DNA of 64,000 nt from an uncultured bacterium (lineage in GTDB: Bacteria > Chloroflexota > UBA5177 > JANWHV01), in contig CAVSOU010000008.1 of the NCBI GenBank assembly GCA_963729625.1, forward strand, positions 544,001 through 608,000, given 5' to 3'. Under the pieces are notes generated by a model, which ran no database searches, had not been told where the DNA came from, and saw nothing but the letters and a program-made list of their open reading frames with translations. The position numbers were made by a program, and so were the translations under genes. Every line of letters starts with the position of its first letter. Within the stretch, counting starts at the first letter, position 1. This document shows, piece after piece, positions 10,276-21,700 of the stretch.

Positions 10276-11652
10276 ATGTCCGAGCAAACCAAGTTCCTCC
10301 TGGACGAGTCGCGCATCCCAGAAGCCTGGTATAACATTGCCCCCGATCTGCCGTCGCCCCAGCCACCGCCCTTGCATCCTGGTACGGGCAATCCGATCGG
10401 CCCAGCCGATCTGGCGCCTCTCTTCCCTATGGCGTTGATCATGCAGGAGGTGAGCGGCGAGCGCTTCATCGAGATTCCGGAAGAAGTGCGCGCGGCCTAT
10501 CGCCTGTGGCGGCCCACGCCTCTGTATCGGGCCCACCGCCTGGAGCGCGCGCTCGACACGCCGGCAAAGATCTTCTATAAGTACGAGGGCGTCAGCCCAG
10601 CGGGCAGCCACAAGCCGAACACCGCCGTGCCGCAGGCCTACTACAACAAAGCCGAGGGCGTCAAGCGCATCGCCACTGAGACCGGCGCCGGCCAGTGGGG
10701 CAGCGCCGTTGCCCTTGCTTGCGGCCTCTTCGGGCTGGAGTGCAAAGTCTATATGGTGCGCATCAGCTACGATCAGAAACCCTATCGCCGCTCGATGATG
10801 CAAGCCTGGGGCTCGTCCGTGGTGCCCAGCCCGAGCCCGGATACACAGTCCGGCCGAAAGATCCTGAGCGAACATCCTGACAGTCTCGGCAGTCTCGGCA
10901 TCGCCATCAGCGAGGCCGTCGAGGACGCCGCCACGCGCGAGGACACCAGGTATGCGCTGGGCAGCGTGCTGAATCACGTACTGCTTCACCAGACCGTCAT
11001 CGGACTGGAGGCCATCGACCAGCTGGATATGGCCGGCGCCTATCCGGACGTGGTCATCGGGTGTGTCGGGGGCGGCAGCAACTTCGGCGGCATTGCCCTA
11101 CCCTTCGTGCGCGAGAAGCTGGCGGGGAAGGCGATCCGCATTGTCGCCGTGGAGCCCGCAGCGTGCCCGAGCCTGACGCGCGGCGTCTACGCGTACGACT
11201 TCGGCGACTCAGCAGGACTGGCGCCGATGGTGGCCATGCATACGCTGGGGCACAACTTCATGCCGGCCGGGATCCACGCCGGCGGACTGCGCTATCACGG
11301 GATGAGCCCCCTGATCAGCCATCTTTACAGGCTGAATCTGATCGAGGCCCGCGCCTACACGCAACGCCCGTGCTTCGAAGCGGGGCTGACGTTCGCGCGG
11401 ACGGAGGGCATTGTCCCGGCGCCCGAGGCCACGCACGCGATCAAGGGCGCAGTCGACGAGGCCCTGCGCTGCAAGGCGGAAGGCGTCTCGCGCACCATCC
11501 TCTTCAACCTCAGCGGCCACGGTCACTTCGACATGGCTGCCTGGGACTCCTATCTTTCAGGTGCCATGGTCGACTACGAGCTGCCCGACGCAGAGATCGC
11601 ACGAGCGCTCAAGGACATTGAATCGATGCCCAAGGTGCCGGCCATCGCGTAG
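10276..11652 (+). CDS. trpB2: tryptophan synthase beta type 2 (TrpB-like PLP enzyme)
   Basis: [20 protein letters not shown] lysine, [30 protein letters not shown]; AAGGAG RBS. Confidence 0.92.
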   Translation: MSEQTKFLLDESRIPEAWYNIAPDLPSPQPPPLHPGTGNPIGPADLAPLFPMALIMQEVSGERFIEIPEEVRAAYRLWRPTPLYRAHRLERALDTPAKIFYKYEGVSPAGSHKPNTAVPQAYYNKAEGVKRIATETGAGQWGSAVALACGLFGLECKVYMVRISYDQKPYRRSMMQAWGSSVVPSPSPDTQSGRKILSEHPDSLGSLGIAISEAVEDAATREDTRYALGSVLNHVLLHQTVIGLEAIDQLDMAGAYPDVVIGCVGGGSNFGGIALPFVREKLAGKAIRIVAVEPAACPSLTRGVYAYDFGDSAGLAPMVAMHTLGHNFMPAGIHAGGLRYHGMSPLISHLYRLNLIEARAYTQRPCFEAGLTFARTEGIVPAPEATHAIKGAVDEALRCKAEGVSRTILFNLSGHGHFDMAAWDSYLSGAMVDYELPDAEIARALKDIESMPKVPAIA

Positions 11653-11890
11653 GTAGCGACTGTCGCGAGGCGGCCTGGCATGAGCCGGGCTGCCTCGCGA
11701 CATGCATGCAACCGTTTGCCCGGCCCTGCCGCAGCCCGCATGCCGTGCCGCAACGATCCCGGAGGGGCGTACGTACCTGGCCTCCGGCCGCGCGCGTACT
11801 GTCGTCGATCGCGGCGTCTACGTCATCGCCCAGGGCAGTTGCCACGGCCAGGGGCGCATCGATCGGACCACGATTGGTCTGCAGGCATGG

Positions 11891-13261
11891 TCAGATCTCA
11901 CGCGCATCAAACGCCGCGGCTGGCCGGTACTTGGCCAGCGGAAGTGTGACTGTGAAGAGCGCGCCGCCGCCAGGCGCGTTCGCGGCGGTGATGCGGCCAT
12001 TGTGCGCGTCAACAATCCAGCGCGCGATGGCCAGCCCGAGGCCCGAGCCTTTCCCTGTCCGTGCCTTGTCGGCACGGTAGAAGCGCTCGAATATGCGCGG
12101 CAGATCTGCCGGATCGATGCCCGGCCCGGTATCCCGCACGACCAGCCGCGCGCTGTTGCCATGCGGCTCGGCGCTGACCGTGACCGTGCCGCCTTCCGAG
12201 GTGTATTTGAGCGCGTTGTCGAGGAGAATGAGCAGGAGCTGCCGCAAGCGGCCTTCGTCGCCCACGAGTTGGAGGCCCGGCACACTGCCGCCGGAGAGGG
12301 TGATGTTGCGATCCTCCGCCAGCATGTCGACCGCCTCGACGCTATCATTCACCAGCTTGGTGAAATCAACCGGCCGGCGTTCGACGGCGATAGCGCCGCT
12401 ATCGGCGCGCGCCAGCAGCGACAGGCTTTCTACCAGGCGGGTCAGGTGATTGTTCTGATCGAGAGTCTGCTCGAGCGCGCGTTGCTGCTCGGCAATCGAC
12501 TCCTCGGCGAGGCCGAGCTCGGCAGCAGTGCGCATGATCGCCAGCGGCGTGCGTAGCTCGTGCGCGGCATCGGCCACGAAATCGCGCTGGCGCTTCAGCG
12601 AGATCTGGATCGGCCGCAGCGCGCGCCGAGCCAGCAGTGCGCTGATACCGGCTGCTGCCACGATGCCCAGCACACTGACGGCGAGCATGTCGCGCAGCAG
12701 CGAGCCGAGACTGTTGAGGTAGTTCTTCTCTGAAATAGCTACTTCCTCCACGCCGAGCACCGCCTGTGTGCCGTCTCGAAGCTGGACACTGATCGGCACG
12801 GTCTCCACGAGATAGGGCTGTTGCCCATTACTGACCTCGACGCAGCACTGAACACTGCCGGTATTGAAAGCCTGTTGGATAGAGGAATACGTGACGATCT
12901 GCTCGGAAGAGCTGGAGACCAGATTGCCGTTGCCGTCGACAACGGCATAGTACATATCGTCCTGGTTATCCTGGCTGTTGCAGTCCGGTTGGGTCGCGGC
13001 AGGTGGGCCGAACTGGCCCGTCAGTCCGAGCTCGACCTCGAGCTGGCGCACGCAGCGGGAAGGATTGGCTGCGCGGTAGCGCAGCGTGCTTTCCAGGGAT
13101 TGGTAGAGTTTCTGCTGCGTGGTGAAGTACACGAGCGTGCCGGATATGAGCAGCAAGGCAAAGATAAGCGCGGAGGTCAGAGCTGCAAGGCGCCAGCCCA
13201 CGCGCCGAACCGACACAGCGTCGGGATCTGCCACGGCGTTCTTTCGTCGAATCCAAAGCAT
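11891..13261 (-). CDS. membrane sensor histidine kinase
   Basis: Two TM helices; ADAAHELRTPL H-box, DNALKYT, DTGPGI, FERFYR, GSGLGLAI. Confidence 0.93.
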   Translation of the reverse strand: MLWIRRKNAVADPDAVSVRRVGWRLAALTSALIFALLLISGTLVYFTTQQKLYQSLESTLRYRAANPSRCVRQLEVELGLTGQFGPPAATQPDCNSQDNQDDMYYAVVDGNGNLVSSSSEQIVTYSSIQQAFNTGSVQCCVEVSNGQQPYLVETVPISVQLRDGTQAVLGVEEVAISEKNYLNSLGSLLRDMLAVSVLGIVAAAGISALLARRALRPIQISLKRQRDFVADAAHELRTPLAIMRTAAELGLAEESIAEQQRALEQTLDQNNHLTRLVESLSLLARADSGAIAVERRPVDFTKLVNDSVEAVDMLAEDRNITLSGGSVPGLQLVGDEGRLRQLLLILLDNALKYTSEGGTVTVSAEPHGNSARLVVRDTGPGIDPADLPRIFERFYRADKARTGKGSGLGLAIARWIVDAHNGRITAANAPGGGALFTVTLPLAKYRPAAAFDAREI

Positions 13262-13357
13262 TGAACGCTCCTTCCTGCAAAGCCGGAACCCGTCGCCTGG
13301 GTGGGGGTCTGAGGCAGCCGCAGCAAGCTCCTATGCGCGCATGAGGGCGCTACTCAT

Positions 13358-14029
13358 TCAGGCCTTTATCTTGTATCCCACGCCACGAACCGTCTGAATC
13401 AACTGACGCTCATATCCTTCGTCCACCGCTTTGCGCAGGCGCCGTATGGTCGCGTCCACCACATTGGCAAACGAGCCGAAGCCGTAGTCCCACACGCGCT
13501 CCATAATCATTGTGCGGCTCAGGACCTGGCCGGGATGGCGCATGAGGTATTCCAGCAGTGCGAACTCTTTCGGCGAGAGCGGGATAAGGCTTCCGCCGCG
13601 GTAGACCTCGTGAGCCTGCCGGTCGAGCACGAGATCGCCAACTTCCAGACGATCGTCGTCCGCGCGCCGGCCATTGCGCCTGGTTATGGCGCGAAGACGC
13701 GCCAGGAGCTCTTCGAAGGCGAAAGGCTTCGTCAGGTAGTCGTCGGCGCCGGCATCAAATCCACGAAGCCGGTCGCGCAAGGCGTCACGCGCGGTCAGAA
13801 TCAGCACCGGGACCGTAGACTGGTCGGAGCGCAGCTGGCGCACGATCTCCAGCCCGTCGATGCCGGGCAGCATGACATCGACGATGAGCGCGTCATAGCT
13901 GCCGGTCTGCGCGCGCTCCAACCCGTCATTGCCGTCATACGCCACGTCGACGGTGTGGCGCTCTTGCGTCAGGCCCCGTCGCAAGAGATCGGCCAGCGAC
14001 TTATCGTCTTCTACAACTAAGGTGCGCAT
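13358..14029 (-). CDS. OmpR/PhoB-family response regulator
   Basis: LVVEDD, DVMLPGIDG, GADDYLTKPF, LSPKEFALLEYL, IQTVRGVGY. Confidence 0.95.
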   Translation of the reverse strand: MRTLVVEDDKSLADLLRRGLTQERHTVDVAYDGNDGLERAQTGSYDALIVDVMLPGIDGLEIVRQLRSDQSTVPVLILTARDALRDRLRGFDAGADDYLTKPFAFEELLARLRAITRRNGRRADDDRLEVGDLVLDRQAHEVYRGGSLIPLSPKEFALLEYLMRHPGQVLSRTMIMERVWDYGFGSFANVVDATIRRLRKAVDEGYERQLIQTVRGVGYKIKA

Positions 14030-14088
14030 AGCATGAAATTCCTCCGGACATTTCTCTGGCGAGCATAGCAAACCAATATGATCGTTGC

Positions 14089-14175
14089 ATGACAATCTTG
14101 TCATCGAGCTGTCATAAATGGATCATGGTTGTGTCATAGAGGGGTCATGGGTTAGTCATCGAAAATAACTATGCT
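14089..14175 (+). promoter_or_regulatory. array of six RTCAT direct repeats (11-bp period) plus -10 box for htrA
   Basis: GTCAT/ATCAT at 14100, 14111, 14122, 14133, 14144, 14155; inverted ATGAC at 14089; TATGCT at 14170. Confidence 0.8.
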
Positions 14176-14356
14176 GGAAAGGTACCGATATACATGATGC
14201 ACGAGTGCCAACCGGCAGTTCGGCTGGTGGCATTCGACAGCATCCGGTGGGTTCAGCCACCGCTTGAAGCGAGCCTCGGCCCACGGCGTGTTCCTTACCC
14301 GTGAGCAGAGGCGCAGGCAACCTCAACTGAAAGGCTCAGGAGAAAGGGAAGTAATC

Positions 14357-15463
14357 ATGGCAAAGAGACTTACTACGCTCGCCGCGGCGACGCTGATCGT
14401 CGCGGGAGGCATCGGCGACCACATCCTTACGACTTCCACGTCCAATCAGCCCGCCGCGCTGGCGGCCGTGGCCGCGCAACAGGCTGCGGTGCAAGCCGCG
14501 CCGGCCGCTTCCACGTCGCTCGACGCCGCGACTGAACATGCCTACGCGGTTGCCAGCCCATCGGTTGTCTTTGTCAACAACGTCAATGTTGGCAGCGGCT
14601 CGGGCGTAATCTACGACAAGACCGGCGATATCGTCACCAATTACCACGTGGTTGCAAACGCCCAGACGATCACGGTTACGCTTTCCTCCGGCAAGACCTA
14701 CACCGGGCGCGTGGTCGGTAGCGATGTGAAGGATGACCTGGCGGTAATCCACATCGACGCCACGAACCTTCCTGCCGCGCACTTCGCCGGCGCGGGATCG
14801 TTCCGCGTGGCACAAATGGTCCTGGCAATCGGCAACCCGCTGGATCTTCAGCAGAGTGTGACATTCGGCCTGATCAGCGCGCTTGACCGCACGGTTTCGG
14901 AGTCCTCCAGCAGCGGCGCCTATCTGCCGGATGCCATTCAGACCTCTGCGCCGATTAACCCCGGCAATTCCGGTGGCGCGCTGGTCACGCTTGATGGAAC
15001 GGTCGTCGGCATTCCGACGCTTGAAGCCGTCGATCCTCAAAACAACAACGGTGGCGCGGCTCAGGGCATTGGGTTTGCCATCCCGAGCACACGAGTGACA
15101 ACCATTGCACATCAGATCATCGTCTATGGGCGTGTTGTTCACTCCGGACGCGCTTACCTCGGCGTGAGCACGACCGACAACAGCAGTGCGGGTGGTCTCT
15201 CAATCTTCGGCCAGCAACAGCAGCAGGGCAATACTCCCGGAGCGCTCGTGACCGATGTGGCCGCCGGCAGCCCAGCGGCGCAGGCCAGCCTGCAGCAGTA
15301 TGACGTGATCACGGCTGTGAACGGCAAGGCTATCGCCGGCAGCGACGATCTGCTCACCGCTCTCGCGCACGCCAAGCCGAGCCAGACAATCACCCTTACC
15401 GTCAACCGCAATGGACAGACCTCGGACCTCAAGGTGACACTCGGCGAGCTGACAGTTTCCTAA
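14357..15463 (+). CDS. htrA: HtrA/DegP-like serine protease with PDZ domain
   Basis: N-terminal signal/anchor; GSGSGVI, VTNYHVV, DLAVI, IQTSAPINPGNSGGAL; C-terminal PDZ. Confidence 0.92.
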   Translation: MAKRLTTLAAATLIVAGGIGDHILTTSTSNQPAALAAVAAQQAAVQAAPAASTSLDAATEHAYAVASPSVVFVNNVNVGSGSGVIYDKTGDIVTNYHVVANAQTITVTLSSGKTYTGRVVGSDVKDDLAVIHIDATNLPAAHFAGAGSFRVAQMVLAIGNPLDLQQSVTFGLISALDRTVSESSSSGAYLPDAIQTSAPINPGNSGGALVTLDGTVVGIPTLEAVDPQNNNGGAAQGIGFAIPSTRVTTIAHQIIVYGRVVHSGRAYLGVSTTDNSSAGGLSIFGQQQQQGNTPGALVTDVAAGSPAAQASLQQYDVITAVNGKAIAGSDDLLTALAHAKPSQTITLTVNRNGQTSDLKVTLGELTVS

Positions 15464-15478
15464 CCCGCATTCCATCCG

Positions 15479-15521
15479 CGGCGCCCGCAGGGCAAACCCC
15501 ACCTTGTTCTTGCGGGCGCCG
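15479..15521. terminator. hairpin downstream of htrA, facing the RHS gene end
   Basis: CGGCGCCCGCA ... TGCGGGCGCCG, 11-bp perfect arms. Confidence 0.6.
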
Positions 15522-15707
15522 TACCTCCTGAAGCTTCCACGCGACTATCCGCCCGTCGCGGTCACCGTCGACCTCGCGGTGTGTCTGTCAACTCGTTTGC
15601 AACAGAACACCAGTCCCCACTGCAGGAACGTGTGCTTTGGTTTCATGATCCACTCTCGTTGCCGTCTTTGACGTCGTGCTGCATCCCTGGCGGATAGACG
15701 GCACAGC

Positions 15708-18700
15708 TCACTGTGGATTGTCGTCGAGCGTCGAAGCTTCCAGGACCGTAAAAGCTAACGGAGCAAGGATCATCGCCTCTACCGTGCTCAAAGTCTTGAG
15801 CCCGCTGGACAGGGCCTTGGCGGTACTCACCACATCCTCGGCCGCCGAAACGCCGGCAATGGTGAGACCAAGGTCTGCCAGCTTGTTGCCCAGCACAAGA
15901 CTTGCGATGCCTATGGTGAAGTTGCTGTACGCATCGTTCCGGTAGTTCCCGTGCCTTGGTAACCCAGCCGTCCATTCGAGCGCAAGTGATTGGAAAACGA
16001 GGATCACTGAGACGGCCGGTAAGTTCAGACCGGTGGCCAGCAGCGTATCTCCCGCAGCGCTGGCTGTTATTCCTTTCGTGACTCCTGCGAGGTCGATCAG
16101 GCCGGTCAACAGCCCCGTAGAGACCTGGGAGCACAGGAGGTCTTCAAGACCTTGGGCCGAAGTGTTAGTAAACTTTGCCTTGCAGGCCGTCAGCTTGGTC
16201 AGGCTCTGCACCGCCCCCGGAACGTCCACCGTGCCATAGATAACGTCCACATCCTTGCTAACCGTATCGGTCTCGGCCCCGGCAGACTGTATTTTGGTAA
16301 TCGTGGAGCCTATGCTTAGCCCCTTCCCCAGCGCTGTCAGCGCTCCTCCAAGCCAGGTCGACGCGGTTGCGATTCGATCCACTACTTGCGCAACACTGAG
16401 GTCGGCCAGAGTGAAGTCCAAACCGCTGGGATCCACGAGACTTACCGGGTTATCCCGCGCATACAGATAGCGGTGCAAGGTTAATGGATCCTTGAGCGTG
16501 GGGTCCATTGGATCCTCGCTCAGGAAACGACCCTGCGTTGGGTCCATATAGCGCGCACGCAGATAGTACAGTCCCACTCCCGCGTCGAACTGCTGCCCGC
16601 CATAGAGAAAGGGGTTGGGCACCGTGCCGGTCGAGGCTAGCAGGTTGCCGAAAGCATCGTAACGGTAGCTGTTCTGCACCGTGCCCGCGCTGCCTGCCAG
16701 CAGCCGCGTATTCTGGTTGCCATCGTAGAGGTAGTAGGATAGTGCACCTGCGCCCTGGTCCATGCTGATGCGCTCGTTGCCGTAGACGTAGTCGACGGTC
16801 GGCCCGCCGCTCTGCGTGGTTTCCACTACCTGCGGCAGGCCGTCCAGCCCATTGGGGTCCACAAGGTAGGTGGTGATCGTTCCGCCCGTCGTGCTGGTGG
16901 TGCGATTGCCGTCGCCATCGTATGTGTAGCTGGTCGTGCTGCTACCGCTGCTCACGCTGAGCAGCTGGTTCTGGCTGTCGTAGCTGTAGCTGGTCGACAC
17001 GCTCCCGTTGGCACTGCTGAGCAGATTGCCGTCTGCATCGTAAGTTTCGGTGGTGGTGCCGCCTGGTCCGGTTTGGGATGTCATCTCGCCCCTGCTGTTG
17101 TAACGCGAGGTGGTGGTGCCAGTGTCGTCGACTCGCGTCAGACGATTGCCTGCCAGATCGTACGTGTAGGCGGTATTCGCCAGCGTCGTGCCACCGCGCG
17201 ACTGCTGCTCGTGGGTCAGCCGCCCATCGGCATCGTAGCTGTACGTGTAGGTAGCTAACGCGCCGGTTTGGTCGGTCTCTTGCACGCTGGTGCGCTGGCC
17301 CGCGGCATCGATGGTGTAGAGGTCCTGCCAGATCTGGACATTGCCCGGCCCGGTGGTAGTCAGGCTGACCAGCCTGTTCAGCTCGTCGTAGCTGTAGACG
17401 GTCGTCACCCCATTCGGCAGGGTGCGCTGGGCGAGATTGCCGCGGCTGTCATAGCCATAAGCGGTTGTGTGGTGCGCGGGGTCGACGACCTGGATCAGCC
17501 TGCCGGCGGCATCGTACTGGTAGCTCGTGGTGCCGGCTAGAGTGGTGAGGCTCGTGCGGCGACCGGCGCCGTCATACGTGTACTGCAGGGTGCTGCCGCC
17601 GGGCTCGGTGATCGTGGTAATGCGGCCCATCGTGTCGATGGCGTAGCTGGTGGTCTGGATGCTGCCGCCCTGCTGGTTGCCCATCGTCTTGCGCTGCCCG
17701 CCGGAGTAGTAGGTGTAGGTGACGGTGTGGTCCGGATAGGCGATCGTGCTCACCCGGTTCATGGTGTCGTAGCTATAGGTCGTTACCTGGCCGCGCGCGT
17801 TGGTGGTGGTGGCCAGATTGCCCGCCGCGTCGTAGGTGTAGCTCTTGGCCGCGCCATCGGGATACGTGGTGCCGGTCAGGTTATTGTTCAGGTCGTAGGA
17901 ATACTTCGTGACGTTGCCGACGTCGTCATTCTGGTAATTGAGGTTGCCGTTGGCATCGTAGCCATAGATTGCACCCTGATATAGTGGGTTCGTATTCGTG
18001 ATCGGGTCCCGGACCCGGGACAGGTTGCCGCTTGGGTCGTAGGCGTAGCTGGTGAGGCGACCAAGAGGATCCGTCACGCTGGCCAGCTGATTGACATTGG
18101 AATAGGTTTCGGCGGTGGTCACGGTCGTGGGCACGCCGCCGATCGTGACGGCCGTGCTGGTCCCGGTACGGTGATGGCCGGCATCGTAAGTGTAGGTGGT
18201 GACGTGGCCTGCCGGATCGGTCACCGTGGTGCGGTCGCCGGTCACCGGGTCATAGCCGTAGGAGATGCTGTTGCCTAGCGGGTCCGTTACCTTGGTCAGC
18301 CGGTTCGCGCTGTCGTAGCTGTACGTCGTGCTGTCCCCTGCGCCATCGGTGCTGCTGATCTTGCGGCCTGCTGCATCGTAGCCGACGCTCGTCTTGCTGC
18401 CGTCCGGGTAGTCGGTTTCAACCAGCCGGTTGTCGGCGTCATAGATGTACTGTGTGGTCCGGCCGTTCTGATCGATGCTGGCGACGAGATTCCCATTGGC
18501 GTCGTAGGCCTCGCCGGCGGTCGATCCGTCCGGGTAGACGGTCTGCACCAACTGCCCGAGCGCATCGTAGGAATAGCTGCTGGTGTTGCCGCGGGGGTCA
18601 GTAGTTGTCAGCAGCCGGCCCGCCGCGTCATACGTATTCGTGGTAACGCCGCCCTGCGGGTCGGTGGTCGTCAGCATGTTACCTGCCGCATCGTACGTGT

Positions 18701-21700
18701 AGGATGTGACGGCTGTCTTGCCTCCACCAACCAGCGTTGTGCTGGCGGTAACGCGACCCAGTGGATCGCGGGTGTAGGTCGTGCCTGCGTTATTTGGCCC
18801 GCTGTAGGTGTTGACGCCGGTTGCCACGTAGTTGAGAAACTGCGATGAGCCGTTAGGGTACGTCACGCCGCTTGGCACGGAATTACCCACGTAGGAGAAG
18901 TTCGTCGTGTTACCCATCGCGTCTTGCAGCGTAGCCGGGCTGCCGAAGCTGGTATACGTCAGCGTGCTCTGTGTCTTGCCGTTGAAGCTCTGGCTCAGCA
19001 GATGGTGCTGCGCGTCGTACTGATAGCTGGTGGTGTTGCCCAGCGGATCGGCGTCCTGCGTCAGGTCGCCGTTCGTGTTGTAGGCCATGCTCGTCGTATG
19101 ACCGAGCGGGTCGGTCGCCGTGAGCGGCTTGTGCGTGGTCGGGTCGTAGGTATAGCTGGTCGTGTTCCCCAGTGGATCGGTGGACTGGGTGACATCGCCG
19201 AAGTCGTCGAAGATGTTGGTAGTGTGGTTTCCGCGCGCATCGGTGATCACCTGCTGGTGCGTGTTCAGGTTCACGTTGAATGTGGTCGTCTTGCCGTTGA
19301 TGTCGGTGATACTCGTGAGCTGACCCTGAGCGTTGTAGAGTGCGGTGGCCGGGCTCCTGCCCGTTGGGTCGGTCTCGCCGAGTAGGTCGTGGTTGCTGTC
19401 GTAGTGGTAGGTGGTCACGCCGCCGTTCTCGTCGGTCACCGTGGCCAGGTCACCATTGGAATCGTAGCCATACAGGATCGTCTTGCCCGCCGGATCGGTG
19501 ATCTTGGTGATGCGGCCCTGGCTGTCGCGGCTGAACTGCACGGCAGGGCCGCGCGTGCTTGTCACGCCGCTGGATGCGTAGGTGAGCTTGTCGTTGCCGC
19601 CCGGCGTATCCACTTCGGTCAGGCCATCGGCCACGTTGGCGGTGATCTTGAACACGGTGCCGTCGGTGGTGGTCACTGCCAGCTTGGCTGGCGCATAGGG
19701 AGAGAAATTGTTGAAGAGGTCGAACCAGCACTGAGGAGCCGAAGTATCGACACCGGAAGCCAGCCCCGTGCTGGCGCCGTTGATGTCGGCCAGCGTCGCG
19801 CCTGTCGTCGGGTCGGGACTCCAGGCCGGCGCGAAGAGCTCGAAGCCGTCGATGTTCTGGCCCGTGTCGCCGGGATTGAAGTTGAAAGTCATGGGCTGAT
19901 TGGAGATCGGAAGCTGCACAGTGATGTTGCCCAGGCATGTGTCTTCGGTGGCGCTACCCGAGGCCGTTGCCTCCGTCCAGTTCACCCCGAAGTCGCCCTG
20001 GGTGCGCAGGAAGTTATCGAAGGAGCGATTGACCACGATGGGGATGCCGGTCACCGAGACCGAGAGATCGGGCACCGTGAACTGCAGGTTGCCGACCTTG
20101 AGCCGGCCCAGCACGCTGATAGTCGGGCCAGTGAAGGTGACGGTCTTGCCGTCGATGGCGCTGACCTGAAGTCGCAGCGTGTACTGGCCATCACGGAGGC
20201 TCGTGGTATCGAGTGTGCCAAGCGTGCCGTTGCTCACCGTGCTCGTGCCCGTGACGAAGGTGGTGAAGACGCTGCTGCCCAGGGATGCATAGGCGAGGGT
20301 AAAGCCCGCAAGCGTACCGCCGCTTACCCCGGCCGAGCCGATGATCGGCAGTTTGCCGCTGACCTGCTGTGCACTTGTCGGCGAGGTGATGGAAGCGGCG
20401 AGGTGCTCGTTGGGGTTCAAGGTCGCGCTGGGCGTAGCAGTGAGAGTGGGCGCAGCGGTGGCCGTTGGCGTGCTGGTTGGGGTACGGGTCCCGGTGGGAC
20501 TACTGGTCGGCGTGGATGTGTTTGCAGCGGTGCCGCTCGCGGTAGGCGTAGCGCTGGGGCTCAACGTGCCGGTAGGGGTATCGGAGGGCGTGAGCGTGCT
20601 GGTCGGCGTCCCAGTTGGCGTGACGCTCGGCGTATTTGTGCCGGTGCTGGTGGGTGTGGACGTGAGCGTGATAGTCGGGATCGGCGTGCTCGTCGGCACG
20701 AAGCTGGGCGCCACGTCGGGGCCGCTGAAGGCAATGGAGCTTGCGGTGAAGAACGACCCGATACTCGTGGAGATGAAGACCGCGCCGGTTTGGCCGGGTG
20801 CCGGCAGCGGCGCCCCAGTCGTCCCATCAAAGCGGTCGACCTTGGTCGAGGCAAATGTGTCGACGTACAGGTTCCCATCGGGCCCGAATGCCAGGCTTTC
20901 CGCCTGAACGACGCTGCTCGTATCGACAAAGATGGCGCCGCTCTTGCCCGGAGCAGGCAGCGGATCGCCGGTCGTGCCGCTGTAGCGCAGCACCGCAGAG
21001 AGGTCAAAATCGCTCACGTAGAGATTGCCGTCCAATCCTACGGCGATCCCGCCCGTGGCCAGCAATCCACCGCTGCCGCGCGGCACGAACACGGCTCCGC
21101 TTTGCCCGGCCGCCGGCAGCGGCGCACCGGTCGTGCCATCGTAACGACGAATCACGTTGTCGCCGAAATCGGTGATGTAGAGATTGTCATCGCGCCCAAA
21201 GACGAGATCGTAGGGGCTGGCAAGGCCACCGCTGCCGGCCGGAACGAACGTGGCGCCGCTCTGGCCGGGCGCGGGCAGCGGCACGCCGGTGCTACCCTTG
21301 AAGCGGTATACGGCGCCCCCCGACGGATCGAGGAGGAAGAGGTTGCCGTCCGGGCCGAACACGATGTGCCCCGGATTCACGCTCAGGGCGCTGCTCCCGG
21401 CCGCCACGAAGGTCGAGCCGTACTGGCCGGGCGCGGGCAGCGGGCTCAGCGTGGCGCCGTCGAAGCGGAGCACCGGATCGCCCGAGCCGCCGGCGTTGCT
21501 TAGGTAGAGGTTGCCGTCCGGTCCCACGATGGCGTCGAGCGGGATGCCGAGGTCCACGGCGCCGGTCGAGAGCAGCGTGTCGATGGGATTGCCGGCAACC
21601 CCGTCGTAACGCCGCACGCTCCCGTGTGAGAGGGTATCGGCATTCACTTCGATAAGTGCGTCCCATGGCACGGTCACCGGGTTCGAGGTGACGGCACCGC

